A stretch of 13,529 nt of DNA from a virus. The stretch is taken from UHGV virus genome UHGV-0997613; one strand, written 5' to 3'. The notes below the pieces were generated by a model, which saw nothing but the letters and a program-made list of their open reading frames with translations, was not told the DNA's origin and ran no database searches. How positions within the stretch are numbered: position 1 is the first letter of the stretch; every line of letters begins with the position of its first letter. A program made the position numbers and the translations under genes. Below, one piece after another: positions 1 through 7,392 of the stretch.

Positions 1-53
1 GTGAGTATCTGCATATGATGTCTGACGCTGGCATTCGCATCAAAGGAGAGTGA
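1..53 (+). CDS. 3' end of an upstream early-left gene (partial; reads ...EYLHMMSDAGIRIKGE*)
   Basis: Frame open from the window edge to TGA at 51-53. Its last 26 nt, including an AAGGAG Shine-Dalgarno and the stop, are repeated exactly at 522-547. Confidence 0.35.
   Translation, partial: EYLHMMSDAGIRIKGE
28..53 (+). repeat. 26-bp direct repeat, copy 1 (CTGGCATTCGCATCAAAGGAGAGTGA)
   Basis: Exact match to 522-547. It encodes a GIRIKGE* C-terminus plus the ribosome-binding site for the next gene. Confidence 0.8.
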
Positions 54-55
54 GA

Positions 56-547
56 GTGCAGATTTCACCGATTACTCTTCGTGTTGCGAAGGCGTTTATA
101 TCCAGACATCACCGACACAATAAACCCCCGGTGGGGCATAAATTCAGCATTGGTCTGAGAAATGATGCCGGAGAATTGATAGGTGTGGCGACAGCCGGTC
201 GACCTGTTGCACGACATTTGGACGATGGATTAACGCTTGAAGTAAATCGCACATGTACCACAGGAGAACGCAACGCTAACAGCGCGCTTTATGGTGCTGT
301 CTGGCGGGCAGCAAAGGCTATGGGTTATCAACGTTGTATTACGTACACCCAGGCAGATGAATCAGGAGCATCTCTCCGCGCAGCTGGTTTTGTTCGTGTG
401 AAAGAGCTTCCTCCAAGAAAAAGCTGGGCGGAATCAAGCGTCGCCCTGCGGAGTAAACGCGATCCGGTCGGAAACGGTGGTGTTCCTCGTGTGCTCTGGG
501 AAATCAGGAGAATGAGTACCACTGGCATTCGCATCAAAGGAGAGTGA
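56..547 (+). CDS. Hypothetical early-left protein, about 163 aa (possibly the conserved XF1763-like prophage family; function unknown)
   Basis: ORF 50..547. GTG at 56 is the likelier start because AAGGAG at 44-48 sits 7 nt upstream, while GTG at 50 overlaps the Shine-Dalgarno. The C-terminus duplicates the preceding gene's end. The family assignment is from memory only. Confidence 0.55.
   Translation: MQISPITLRVAKAFISRHHRHNKPPVGHKFSIGLRNDAGELIGVATAGRPVARHLDDGLTLEVNRTCTTGERNANSALYGAVWRAAKAMGYQRCITYTQADESGASLRAAGFVRVKELPPRKSWAESSVALRSKRDPVGNGGVPRVLWEIRRMSTTGIRIKGE
522..547 (+). repeat. 26-bp direct repeat, copy 2
   Basis: Exact copy of 28-53. It supplies the Shine-Dalgarno for the ATG at 549. 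Confidence 0.8.
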
Positions 548-548
548 T

Positions 549-1421
549 ATGACCACTATTACCAAAGAGCGACTGCTGACAATCAAGCAGTGGCGCGAAA
601 CATACGGACCTGATAGCAACGTTGTACTGCCAGCAGAAGAAGCGGAAGAACTGGCACGAATTGCTCTGGCATCGCTGGAAGCAAAACCAATAGGTGCATT
701 CCACATTGCAGAACAGCAAGTTGACGGCACAAGTGACTACCTCAAGGATGGAGAATGGCCTATTGATAATGGAATTATTGAGGTCTACGCCGCTCCCCCC
801 GTTCCAGTAGTACCGGAAGAAAAACCAATGCCTAATCCTCTTAGCATGTACGCGGTTGATGCTGTTGCCGCTATTGCAGAGGTGAGAGGCTGGAACGCCT
901 GCCGCGCCGCCATGCTTCAGTCCGGAAACTTTCGGGAAAACAAGAATTCGTCAACCAATAATTTTCGGGAAATCGCGGAAACGTCAACCAACTATCCGGT
1001 AATTCCTAGTGAGGTGTTGTCCGCAATCCAGAAGGTTGCCAAGATTCGTGCCGATTTCGATGATTTTGACGGTGACAGGCGAGGTATCGGTGATTGTCTG
1101 GATGAGGCTGAGCAAGAGCTTATCGTTACCATTAACAAATATGCCAGTCAGTTGGCAGCAGAACCTATAGCGCCTAATGACGTTCGAGAGCAGACAGCCA
1201 TTCCGCAAGTTCCGGTAACTCCGGATAGTTGGATAAGCTGTAGTGAGCGAATGCCGGATGACGGGCAGGAAGTTGTTGTTCAAACTCATTCAGGGTGGCG
1301 TTACATCGCATTCTACGAATCCCACTCTGGATTGTTCTATGACAGTCCTGAGGGTGATGTCGAGTATGTTCTCGTAACCCACTGGATGCCGCTACCAGAA
1401 CCGCCGCAGGAGGTGAAGTGA
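549..1421 (+). CDS. DUF551-type phage protein (lambdoid early-left operon)
   Basis: 290-aa ORF with AAGGAG 6 nt upstream. The C-terminal segment (WISCSERMPDDGQEVVV ... HWMPLPEPP) has the character of the DUF551 domain seen at the ends of lambdoid early-left proteins. Stop overlaps the next start (GTGATGG). Confidence 0.7.
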   Translation: MTTITKERLLTIKQWRETYGPDSNVVLPAEEAEELARIALASLEAKPIGAFHIAEQQVDGTSDYLKDGEWPIDNGIIEVYAAPPVPVVPEEKPMPNPLSMYAVDAVAAIAEVRGWNACRAAMLQSGNFRENKNSSTNNFREIAETSTNYPVIPSEVLSAIQKVAKIRADFDDFDGDRRGIGDCLDEAEQELIVTINKYASQLAAEPIAPNDVREQTAIPQVPVTPDSWISCSERMPDDGQEVVVQTHSGWRYIAFYESHSGLFYDSPEGDVEYVLVTHWMPLPEPPQEVK

Positions 1422-1705
1422 TGGACTCCTTCGCGAAATATACGATTATTGACTGGATAGCCTTCCTTCAGGTTTTGCTCATCTGGTTTTATATGGCTTA
1501 CAGGAGTGGACAGTGGATTGTCAGTGTAGCCTGTAGCAAGGGATGGCGTTGGTGGAACCGAAAGAATAAAAAAGCACTGGCATTGGATTCATTTTACGAA
1601 GCATTCAATCTTAACAGCCTTCAGCCTGGTTCTGTCATTGTAGTCACCACTCAAAGCGGCATGACGATACAAATTCACAAGCCAAAGGAGGAAGGTCGTG
1701 GCTAA
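1418..1705 (+). CDS. Small hydrophobic protein, 95 aa, one predicted transmembrane helix
   Basis: ATG overlaps the upstream stop, suggesting translational coupling. Hydrophobic stretch IIDWIAFLQVLLIWFYMAY. No recognisable family. Confidence 0.45.
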   Translation: MMDSFAKYTIIDWIAFLQVLLIWFYMAYRSGQWIVSVACSKGWRWWNRKNKKALALDSFYEAFNLNSLQPGSVIVVTTQSGMTIQIHKPKEEGRG

Positions 1706-1864
1706 CCTGCAACTTGCCGTCAAAGGTGAATACTTCGCAGATAGTTTTCCCCAAATATGGGGAGAATCCCGAATGGCGCGGCTTACAGCAGGATAAAGGC
1801 TACATGATTTGACAAATCCGCCAGAGCTATCGCATACTGACCGCACTACAACGTCAGCGGTCAA

Positions 1865-1892
1865 CCGCACCCGATAGCTTTGCGGCTTTTTT
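1865..1892 (+). terminator. Candidate intrinsic terminator after the early-left genes
   Basis: CCGCA-N11-TGCGG stem followed by CTTTTTTAT. A second hairpin (TGACCGC-N13-GCGGTCA, 1838-1864) lies just upstream without a T-run. Confidence 0.35.
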
Positions 1893-2046
1893 ATGCCTGT
1901 TTACAGGTATCGCCATATCTATGGCGGGTCGAGAGAGCCTAATAGAACACCCTTTCGGGAAATAAGCTCCGCCGTCTGACGCGGTAGTTGAAGCCCGCCA
2001 CCCCACTAAGGTGGCAGTCAATACTAAAACGTCAGGAGTCATGATT

Positions 2047-2670
2047 ATGGCTATTCAACTCATCCCCGTATTCAACGGCACTATCGCCAACGAAACCACT
2101 CTTCTCGTTAATGCTCGCGATTTACATACTTTTCTTGGGGTAGGTAAACGCTTTGCATCGTGGATTACAGAACGCATTGCTGAATATGGTTTCGTTGAAA
2201 ATCAGGACTATATTTTGGTTTCCCCAAATCGGGAAATCAAAGGTCGAGGAGGCGATCGCCGTAGCAAAGACTATCACCTCACCCTCGATACGGCCAAAGA
2301 AACTGCGATGGTCGAGCGCAACGAAAAAGGCCGCCAGATACGCCGATACTTCATCGAGTGCGAAAAGAAACTTCGCAGCATGCAACCAGCGCAGCAATTC
2401 ACAGACGAGGAAATCATCCTCCTCTGCTACATGCAGGTACAGATGGAGAATGCACAGGACATCTGCAAACGCCTGTACCCGATAATGAAGGAACTTAACT
2501 CATCATACGCGAGTAAGCTGTATGACATTGCGTTTGAAACCTTCTATGCGGTGACGAAAAACAGAGATGTACTGCTCAGGGAGGCGACACGACTTGACCA
2601 GGCAAGCGCCGTTTTCGAACGGGCAAGACCAATGTTGAAAAGCCTTCGGGCGAGACAATTCGAATTTTAA
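2047..2670 (+). CDS. AntA-like antirepressor-domain protein (N-terminal AntA-type domain, uncharacterised C-terminal half)
   Basis: ORF 2011..2670. ATG at 2047 is the likely start, with AGGAG at 2034-2038. The N-terminus (LIPVFNG...LVNARDLHTFLGVGKRFASWITERIAEYGFVENQDYILV...DYHLTLDTAKETAMVE...RRYFIECEKKL) resembles the AntA/AntB N-terminal domain as I remember it. Confidence 0.6.
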   Translation: MAIQLIPVFNGTIANETTLLVNARDLHTFLGVGKRFASWITERIAEYGFVENQDYILVSPNREIKGRGGDRRSKDYHLTLDTAKETAMVERNEKGRQIRRYFIECEKKLRSMQPAQQFTDEEIILLCYMQVQMENAQDICKRLYPIMKELNSSYASKLYDIAFETFYAVTKNRDVLLREATRLDQASAVFERARPMLKSLRARQFEF

Positions 2671-2675
2671 TCATC

Positions 2676-2700
2676 AAAGGAGCTTCGGCTCCTTTTTTGT
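2676..2700 (+). terminator. Rho-independent terminator
   Basis: AAAGGAGC-TTCG-GCTCCTTT stem-loop followed by TTTTGT, immediately after the stop at 2670. Confidence 0.7.
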
Positions 2701-2729
2701 TGGAGAAAAATCAACCACTACTCGTTCCC

Positions 2730-2765
2730 TTGCGAGTAATTGCGGAGACTTTGCGATGTACTTGA
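2730..2765 (+). promoter_or_regulatory. pI-like int promoter with a cII-type activator site (TTGC-N6-TTGC)
   Basis: TTGCgagtaaTTGC at 2730-2743, directly upstream of and overlapping the xis start. This matches the lambda pI arrangement, where the cII-dependent transcript begins inside xis so that Int is made without Xis. Confidence 0.5.
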
Positions 2766-2974
2766 CACTTCAGGAGTGGAACGCTCGCCAGCGACGCCCA
2801 AGAAGCCTTGAAACAGTTCGTCGATGGGTGCGCGAATGCAGGATATTCCCTCCTCCGGTTAAGGATGGAAGAGAGTATCTGTTCCACGAATCAGCGGTAA
2901 AGGTTGACTTAAATCGACCAGTAACAGGTGGCCTTTTGAAGAGGATCAGAAATGGGAAGAAGGCGAAGTCATGA
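2756..2974 (+). CDS. xis: Excisionase Xis (lambda/HK022 type)
   Basis: 72-aa protein MYLTLQEWNARQRRPRSLETVRRWVRECRIFPPPVKDGREYLFHESAVKVDLNRPVTGGLLKRIRNGKKAKS, matching my recollection of lambda Xis. It overlaps the int start by 23 nt, as in lambda. Confidence 0.9.
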   Translation: MYLTLQEWNARQRRPRSLETVRRWVRECRIFPPPVKDGREYLFHESAVKVDLNRPVTGGLLKRIRNGKKAKS

Positions 2975-4025
2975 GCGCCGGGATTTACCCCCTAACCTTT
3001 ATATAAGAAACAATGGATATTACTGCTACAGGGACCCAAGGACGGGTAAAGAGTTTGGATTAGGCCGAGACAGGAGGATAGCAATCACTGAAGCAATACA
3101 GGCCAATATTGAGTTACTCTCAAACAGCGGACGCAAATCACTGATAGACAGAATTAAAGGCGGTGACGCAATCACTCTTCATGTGTGGCTTGACCGATAT
3201 GAAAGAATCCTCACCGAAAGGGGGATCAGGCCGAAAACTCTACTCGACTACGCCAGCAAAATCAGGGCAATCCGAAGAAAATTGCCGGACAAACCGCTCA
3301 CTGACATATCAACGAAAGATGTGGCAGCAATGCTAAACACCTACGTAGCGGAAGGTAAAGCAGCTTCCGCAAAATTAATCAGGTCAACCCTTGTTGACGT
3401 TTTTCGTGAAGCAATAGCCGAGGGGCATGTGGCAACGAATCCGGTAACAGCAACCCGTACAGCAAAGTCAGAAGTAAGGCGCTCAAGGCTGACAGCTAAT
3501 GAGTATGTCGAGATTTACCATGCAGCCGAACCTCTCCCTATCTGGCTAAGGCTGGCGATGGATTTGGCCGTCGTTACAGGGCAGAGAGTCGGCGATTTGT
3601 GCAGAATGAAATGGTCAGACATAAACGACAACCATCTTCACATTGAACAGAGTAAAACAGGGGCTAAACTCGCCATTCCGCTAACGCTAACGATTGACGC
3701 GCTCAATATCTCATTGGCTGATACACTACAGAAATGCAGGGAGGCCAGCAGCAGTGAAACTATAATCGCATCAAAGCATCACGATCCGCTTTCCCCGAAA
3801 ACAGTATCAAAGTATTTTACAAAGGCGAGAAATGCATCTGGACTCTCATTTGATGGAAACCCGCCAACATTCCATGAACTGCGTAGCCTGTCAGCGAGGC
3901 TATACCGGAACCAGATTGGCGATAAGTTTGCTCAACGTCTTCTCGGGCATAAATCAGATTCAATGGCGGCGCGGTATAGGGACAGCCGTGGACGGGAATG
4001 GGACAAAATTGAAATCGACAAATGA
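2952..4025 (+). CDS. int: Tyrosine integrase, lambda family with HK022-type core specificity
   Basis: 357 aa, collinear with lambda Int (MGRRRSHERRDLPPNLYIRNNGYYCYRDPRTGKEFGLGRDRRIAITEAIQANIEL..., ends REWDKIEIDK). The catalytic region includes HELRSLSARLY and LLGHKSD. Residues at the lambda/HK022 specificity positions read P-K...K and R (PLSPKTVSKYF; ARLYRNQ), which is HK022-like from memory. Confidence 0.95.
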   Translation: MGRRRSHERRDLPPNLYIRNNGYYCYRDPRTGKEFGLGRDRRIAITEAIQANIELLSNSGRKSLIDRIKGGDAITLHVWLDRYERILTERGIRPKTLLDYASKIRAIRRKLPDKPLTDISTKDVAAMLNTYVAEGKAASAKLIRSTLVDVFREAIAEGHVATNPVTATRTAKSEVRRSRLTANEYVEIYHAAEPLPIWLRLAMDLAVVTGQRVGDLCRMKWSDINDNHLHIEQSKTGAKLAIPLTLTIDALNISLADTLQKCREASSSETIIASKHHDPLSPKTVSKYFTKARNASGLSFDGNPPTFHELRSLSARLYRNQIGDKFAQRLLGHKSDSMAARYRDSRGREWDKIEIDK

Positions 4026-4026
4026 T

Positions 4027-4255
4027 TTTATTTTGACTAATAATGACCTGCTTACATTAATTCATTGATAACAAAAGATATTTTAAATATACAACTTATT
4101 CACCTAAAGGATGACAAAATCACATAAATAATTTAAAAATCATAGCATTAGATTACTTAATGATTAAATAATAGACTGCAAAACGCGACAAAACACAACA
4201 TATCCAGTCACTATGAATCAACCACTTAGATAGTATTAGTGACCTGTAACAGAGC
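4027..4255. other. attP: Phage attachment site attP (intact P'-core-P): lambda-like arm sites, HK022-like core
   Basis: Directly after the int stop, TTTTATTTTGACTAATAATGACCTG matches the lambda P' arm sites and ATTGATAAC is an IHF-like site. The core region ACAACTTATTCACCTAAAGG (about 4092-4113) contains the reverse complement of AGGTGAA. The P arm at 4190-4252 (AAAACACAACATATCCAGTCACTATGAATCAACCACTTAGATAGTATTAGTGACCTGTAACAG) is near-identical to the reverse complement of the lambda P arm as I remember it. Confidence 0.75.
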
Positions 4256-4297
4256 ATTAGCGCAAGGTGATTTTTTGTCTTCTTGCGCTAATTTTTT
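4256..4297 (+). terminator. sib/tI-like hairpin distal to attP (candidate int retroregulation site and terminator)
   Basis: Perfect 11-bp inverted repeat ATTAGCGCAAG (4256-4266) and CTTGCGCTAAT (4282-4292), followed by TTTTT (4293-4297), on the int-sense strand just beyond the P arm. Confidence 0.5.
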
Positions 4298-4457
4298 GTC
4301 ATCAAAACCTGTCGCACTCCAGAGACGCACAAAGCCTTGCAATCCAGTGCAAAGATTTGTGTGTTTAAATTTTGTCTAAGCATTCTAGTGAAAACATAGT
4401 AAAATCAGTAACGGCTGGAAATCATTCAATACTCGCACTATCGAAAGTTAACCAGCC

Positions 4458-4500
4458 AGCCGCAGTATCCTATCATGACAAGTTACTGCGGCTTTTTATA
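4458..4500 (+). terminator. Intrinsic terminator-like hairpin in the attP-tailspike spacer
   Basis: 10-bp stem AGCCGCAGTA (4458-4467) with TACTGCGGCT (4484-4493), then TTTTATATTT. The T-run is on the + strand. It lies 120 nt below the tailspike stop, so it may also act on the convergent late transcript. Confidence 0.45.
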
Positions 4501-4616
4501 TTTAACGGCTCAACAGCCAGATCAGCGGGCACACCACCAACGGCATAGAAAAATCCATCAGGCTTGCCATATCCCACGCACGTGCTGACATCCTCCATAC
4601 CATGCAGAACGGGGTT

Positions 4617-6767
4617 TTACGGCGCACTGGATAAAATAGACTTCGTCTTCGTAACAATAACATCTACAAAATCACCTGCAGATATAGCTGATGGTACTGT
4701 ATCTGCAAGAGTAATCTTTCCTGAAGAGATGCTTTGCACATCCAATAATTTATTTTCAATCCCATCCGTATATACCAATTTGATATCACTGAATGGAGGG
4801 TAATAAGTAATGGCCCCTTGGTATACATATATTTCACTGCCTGAAATTGATTTCACTACATACCTTCCCCTTACAAGATTAATTTTGAGTTCAGATAAAT
4901 CTGTTTTATAACAGGTAATTCCTGAACCAATGTTAGCAATACTAATATCAGTATCACTATGATAAGTAATTGCTTTACCTTGCTTTAAAGTAAAAGTATT
5001 TTTACTTTTCCTTGGTAAGGATGTGCTATTTTTGTAATATCTACCAGTTAAGCATAGCCATGAAAATGCAGTATTCACTACATTACCACCAGAATACACA
5101 GCTAAACGAATTGCACTAACTGGAACTCCTTCATTATTAATCCTGATCTTAATGGAAGAAATATTAGTAGCAGTTCCATATCTATGGTTAGCAGAATCCC
5201 ATTGCATCGAAGAAGTTATGGCTTCTGTTTGTGAGGTTATGACATTCCCGTCTCCATCTAATGCATACAGGTAAATGCGAAACGATGCCGTATCTGCTGA
5301 GAATGTAAACATATCACCATTTCTTACTGGTATATCTCCCGATTCCCATAAAAGCCCAAAATCCCTCATAAAAGCAAACTTAGAAGAAACCAGGTGACGG
5401 ATATTATATAAACCATCTACATCTGTTTGATATGCTAATACACCAACTTCTCCATTGTTAGCACTGGATATAAATGGGGTGTTAGCATTTAAAGAAAACA
5501 ATGTTACTTCATCGGATATATTTTCCTGAATATGAAATACTGCATTCCCCTTGCCATTATCAGTTACCTCGACATAAGTGTAAGGTGATGGATTGTATGG
5601 CTCATTTGTATACGCAGGAGATGAAAGCCATGTAGCTTCAATTGAGTTATTCCACGTATATTCACCAAAGTTAATTATCAACTGTTGGTTAGTTGGGGAT
5701 GATGGATATCGTTCAAAACGAAACCCGTAGAAGTAATTGTTATCACCTCTTTGAATATCAATTTTACCTGCCCCCTCCATAGTTCCACCATAAAACTTAT
5801 TGTGGTTATGATGATATGGATTATCAGCGAAAATGATATTATTCGTACGATTCAGATAAAAATAGTTTTCATTTATCCATCCTTTCTCAACTCCAAGAAA
5901 ATGAATTGTATCGACCTTTTTCAGGTTAAAGGTTGAGTATGCTATTGAATAATCCGTCGATGCCACCGAAGCATTATAATTTGCATATAACTGTAAGTAG
6001 TCGCAACGCTCAATGTTTATATGCTGCCCTTTTGCCCCGATAATACGAATATCCGGTGTCGTTTCAGATGAAATACCAGAATTTCTGATAATCGTTCCGA
6101 AGTTTTGTCTTGGGTTGTTAGGGTTTGATGCATTCCCGCCAAGCAATACCCCTATTCCTGAGTGGGATATGGTAAAAACAGCATTGGTCATTTCGAGGCT
6201 GACATTACGAAGATTTAATGTCTCCGTAATAATAAAATTACCTTCCGCTCGTAATGTTCTGGATGATTCTCGTGCATATTCTGCAGCCAGGATCAATGCA
6301 GATGTATCATCTGTTATACCATCTCCTTTTGCCCCCCACCCTCTTACATCACAATCGTCCCTCCACCGAGATATCTGCAATTCAGGGTATTTTTTAGCTC
6401 CATCCTGGTCTTCTAATTGCTGCCGTAGTTGATCAGGGTCATACTTCAGCACATTAGGAAAATAGAACTGCTGCACACCATACGCATCGTATACAGCCAT
6501 CGAATGGCCTTGCACAGTTACGAATTTGGCAATCTGTCCATTATATACAGGGTAACCAGCAGCGTTAATGATGATTGGTTGCGATACAGGAACGTGAGAG
6601 CCGTCTTCGTTCTCCACATAAACCTGCACTTGATTCTGTGGGAGCGTGGGATCGGAATCTATCTTACCAATGAATATCTTGCCATTGCTTGCTGCCTGGA
6701 ATTTTCTGGCTAACGTAAATAGTTGACTTGGCATTGAAATTATAACATTTGGCACAATATTTGACAT
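4617..6767 (-). CDS. Tailspike protein: P22-type head-binding N-terminal domain fused to a right-handed beta-helix receptor-binding domain (pectate-lyase-like)
   Basis: 716 aa. The first ~115 residues (SMPSQLFT...[72 protein letters not shown]...NVLKYDPDQ) match the P22 gp9 head-binding domain pattern. The remainder begins [16 protein letters not shown], typical of pectate-lyase-3-like beta-helix domains, and is markedly AT-rich. Confidence 0.9.
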   Translation of the reverse strand: MSNIVPNVIISMPSQLFTLARKFQAASNGKIFIGKIDSDPTLPQNQVQVYVENEDGSHVPVSQPIIINAAGYPVYNGQIAKFVTVQGHSMAVYDAYGVQQFYFPNVLKYDPDQLRQQLEDQDGAKKYPELQISRWRDDCDVRGWGAKGDGITDDTSALILAAEYARESSRTLRAEGNFIITETLNLRNVSLEMTNAVFTISHSGIGVLLGGNASNPNNPRQNFGTIIRNSGISSETTPDIRIIGAKGQHINIERCDYLQLYANYNASVASTDYSIAYSTFNLKKVDTIHFLGVEKGWINENYFYLNRTNNIIFADNPYHHNHNKFYGGTMEGAGKIDIQRGDNNYFYGFRFERYPSSPTNQQLIINFGEYTWNNSIEATWLSSPAYTNEPYNPSPYTYVEVTDNGKGNAVFHIQENISDEVTLFSLNANTPFISSANNGEVGVLAYQTDVDGLYNIRHLVSSKFAFMRDFGLLWESGDIPVRNGDMFTFSADTASFRIYLYALDGDGNVITSQTEAITSSMQWDSANHRYGTATNISSIKIRINNEGVPVSAIRLAVYSGGNVVNTAFSWLCLTGRYYKNSTSLPRKSKNTFTLKQGKAITYHSDTDISIANIGSGITCYKTDLSELKINLVRGRYVVKSISGSEIYVYQGAITYYPPFSDIKLVYTDGIENKLLDVQSISSGKITLADTVPSAISAGDFVDVIVTKTKSILSSAP

Positions 6768-6793
6768 AGTGAATCTCTATTTAAGGAATGAAT

Positions 6794-7282
6794 ATGATTA
6801 CTCATAAAGAATTAACCTCTTCACTCAACTACAACCCAGAAACAGGCGTCTTCACTTGGAAGATAGCTTCTGGTAGCTCCAGTATCGGAAAGGTTGCTGG
6901 ATTTAAGACGAACTCACAGGCCGACTACTTATCAATACGGATTAATGGAAAATCGTATCTTTGCCACCGACTTGCTTGGTTTTATATGAAAGGATGCTGG
7001 CCTAAAGGGTTAATTGACCATATTAACGGGGTTAAAAATGACAATAGAATTTCAAACCTAAGAGAAGTAACCAGAGGTCAGAATAAAACCAACAGCGTTT
7101 CATCATCCAATACAGGTATAAAAGGAGTTCACCTTCTTAAAGGGAAAAACACATATAAAGTTATGTTCAAACTAAAAGGTAAGTCTATTTGCCTTGGGTA
7201 TACCGATGATATTGAGCTGGCCGAATTAATGTCTATTGCATTCAGGGAAAAATATCATGGCGAGTTTGCTTGTTTTAGATAA
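6794..7282 (+). CDS. HNH homing endonuclease with a C-terminal AP2-type DNA-binding domain
   Basis: ORF 6788..7282; ATG at 6794 is the likely start, with AAGGAA at 6783-6788. HNH_3-type motif CHRLAWFYMKGCWPKGLIDHINGVKNDNRISNLREVTRGQN and AP2-like GIKGVHLLKGKNTYKVMFKLKGKSICLGYTDDIELAELMSIAFREKYHGEFA. AT-rich, and divergent from the tailspike with only about 26 bp between the start codons. Confidence 0.85.
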   Translation: MITHKELTSSLNYNPETGVFTWKIASGSSSIGKVAGFKTNSQADYLSIRINGKSYLCHRLAWFYMKGCWPKGLIDHINGVKNDNRISNLREVTRGQNKTNSVSSSNTGIKGVHLLKGKNTYKVMFKLKGKSICLGYTDDIELAELMSIAFREKYHGEFACFR

Positions 7283-7350
7283 TGTCTGTCATTTAATTTG
7301 CTCCAGATGCAAGGAATCGCCGCAGCGTGGCTACGGTGAATTTTGGGCAT

Positions 7351-7374
7351 AAAAAAACCCAGCCGAAGCTGGGT
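7351..7374 (-). terminator. Rho-independent terminator downstream of ant (T_ant equivalent)
   Basis: ACCCAGC-CGAA-GCTGGGT stem. On the minus strand it is followed by TTTTTTT (the A7 tract at 7351-7357). It may also act weakly on the + strand for the HNH gene. Confidence 0.7.
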
Positions 7375-7392
7375 CGTTGCGTTGGTTATCTG

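Noticed and set aside
1589-2042. Minus-strand ORFs (93 aa and 62 aa) in the leader region upstream of the AntA-like gene
   Set aside because: No ribosome-binding sites, they overlap terminator hairpins, and their composition is not coding-like. Treated as non-coding regulatory DNA.
2122-2485. Overlapping ORFs (91 aa on the - strand, 110 aa on the +) inside the AntA-like gene
   Set aside because: Fully embedded in a gene with a recognisable domain in another frame; no start signals.
4026-4616. tRNA gene or split att site (attL/attR) expected at a prophage end
   Set aside because: No tRNA-like cloverleaf was found. Both the P and P' arms are present around a single core, so this is an intact attP rather than a prophage-host junction.
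4300-4616. gtrABC-type O-antigen conversion genes expected between the tailspike and att in P22
   Set aside because: The interval is only about 320 bp and contains no credible ORF, so the cargo is absent in this genome.
4564-4803. 79-aa + strand ORF overlapping the 3' end of the tailspike gene
   Set aside because: It lies almost entirely antisense within the tailspike coding sequence, has no ribosome-binding site, and runs into the terminator hairpin region. It is most likely a chance ORF.
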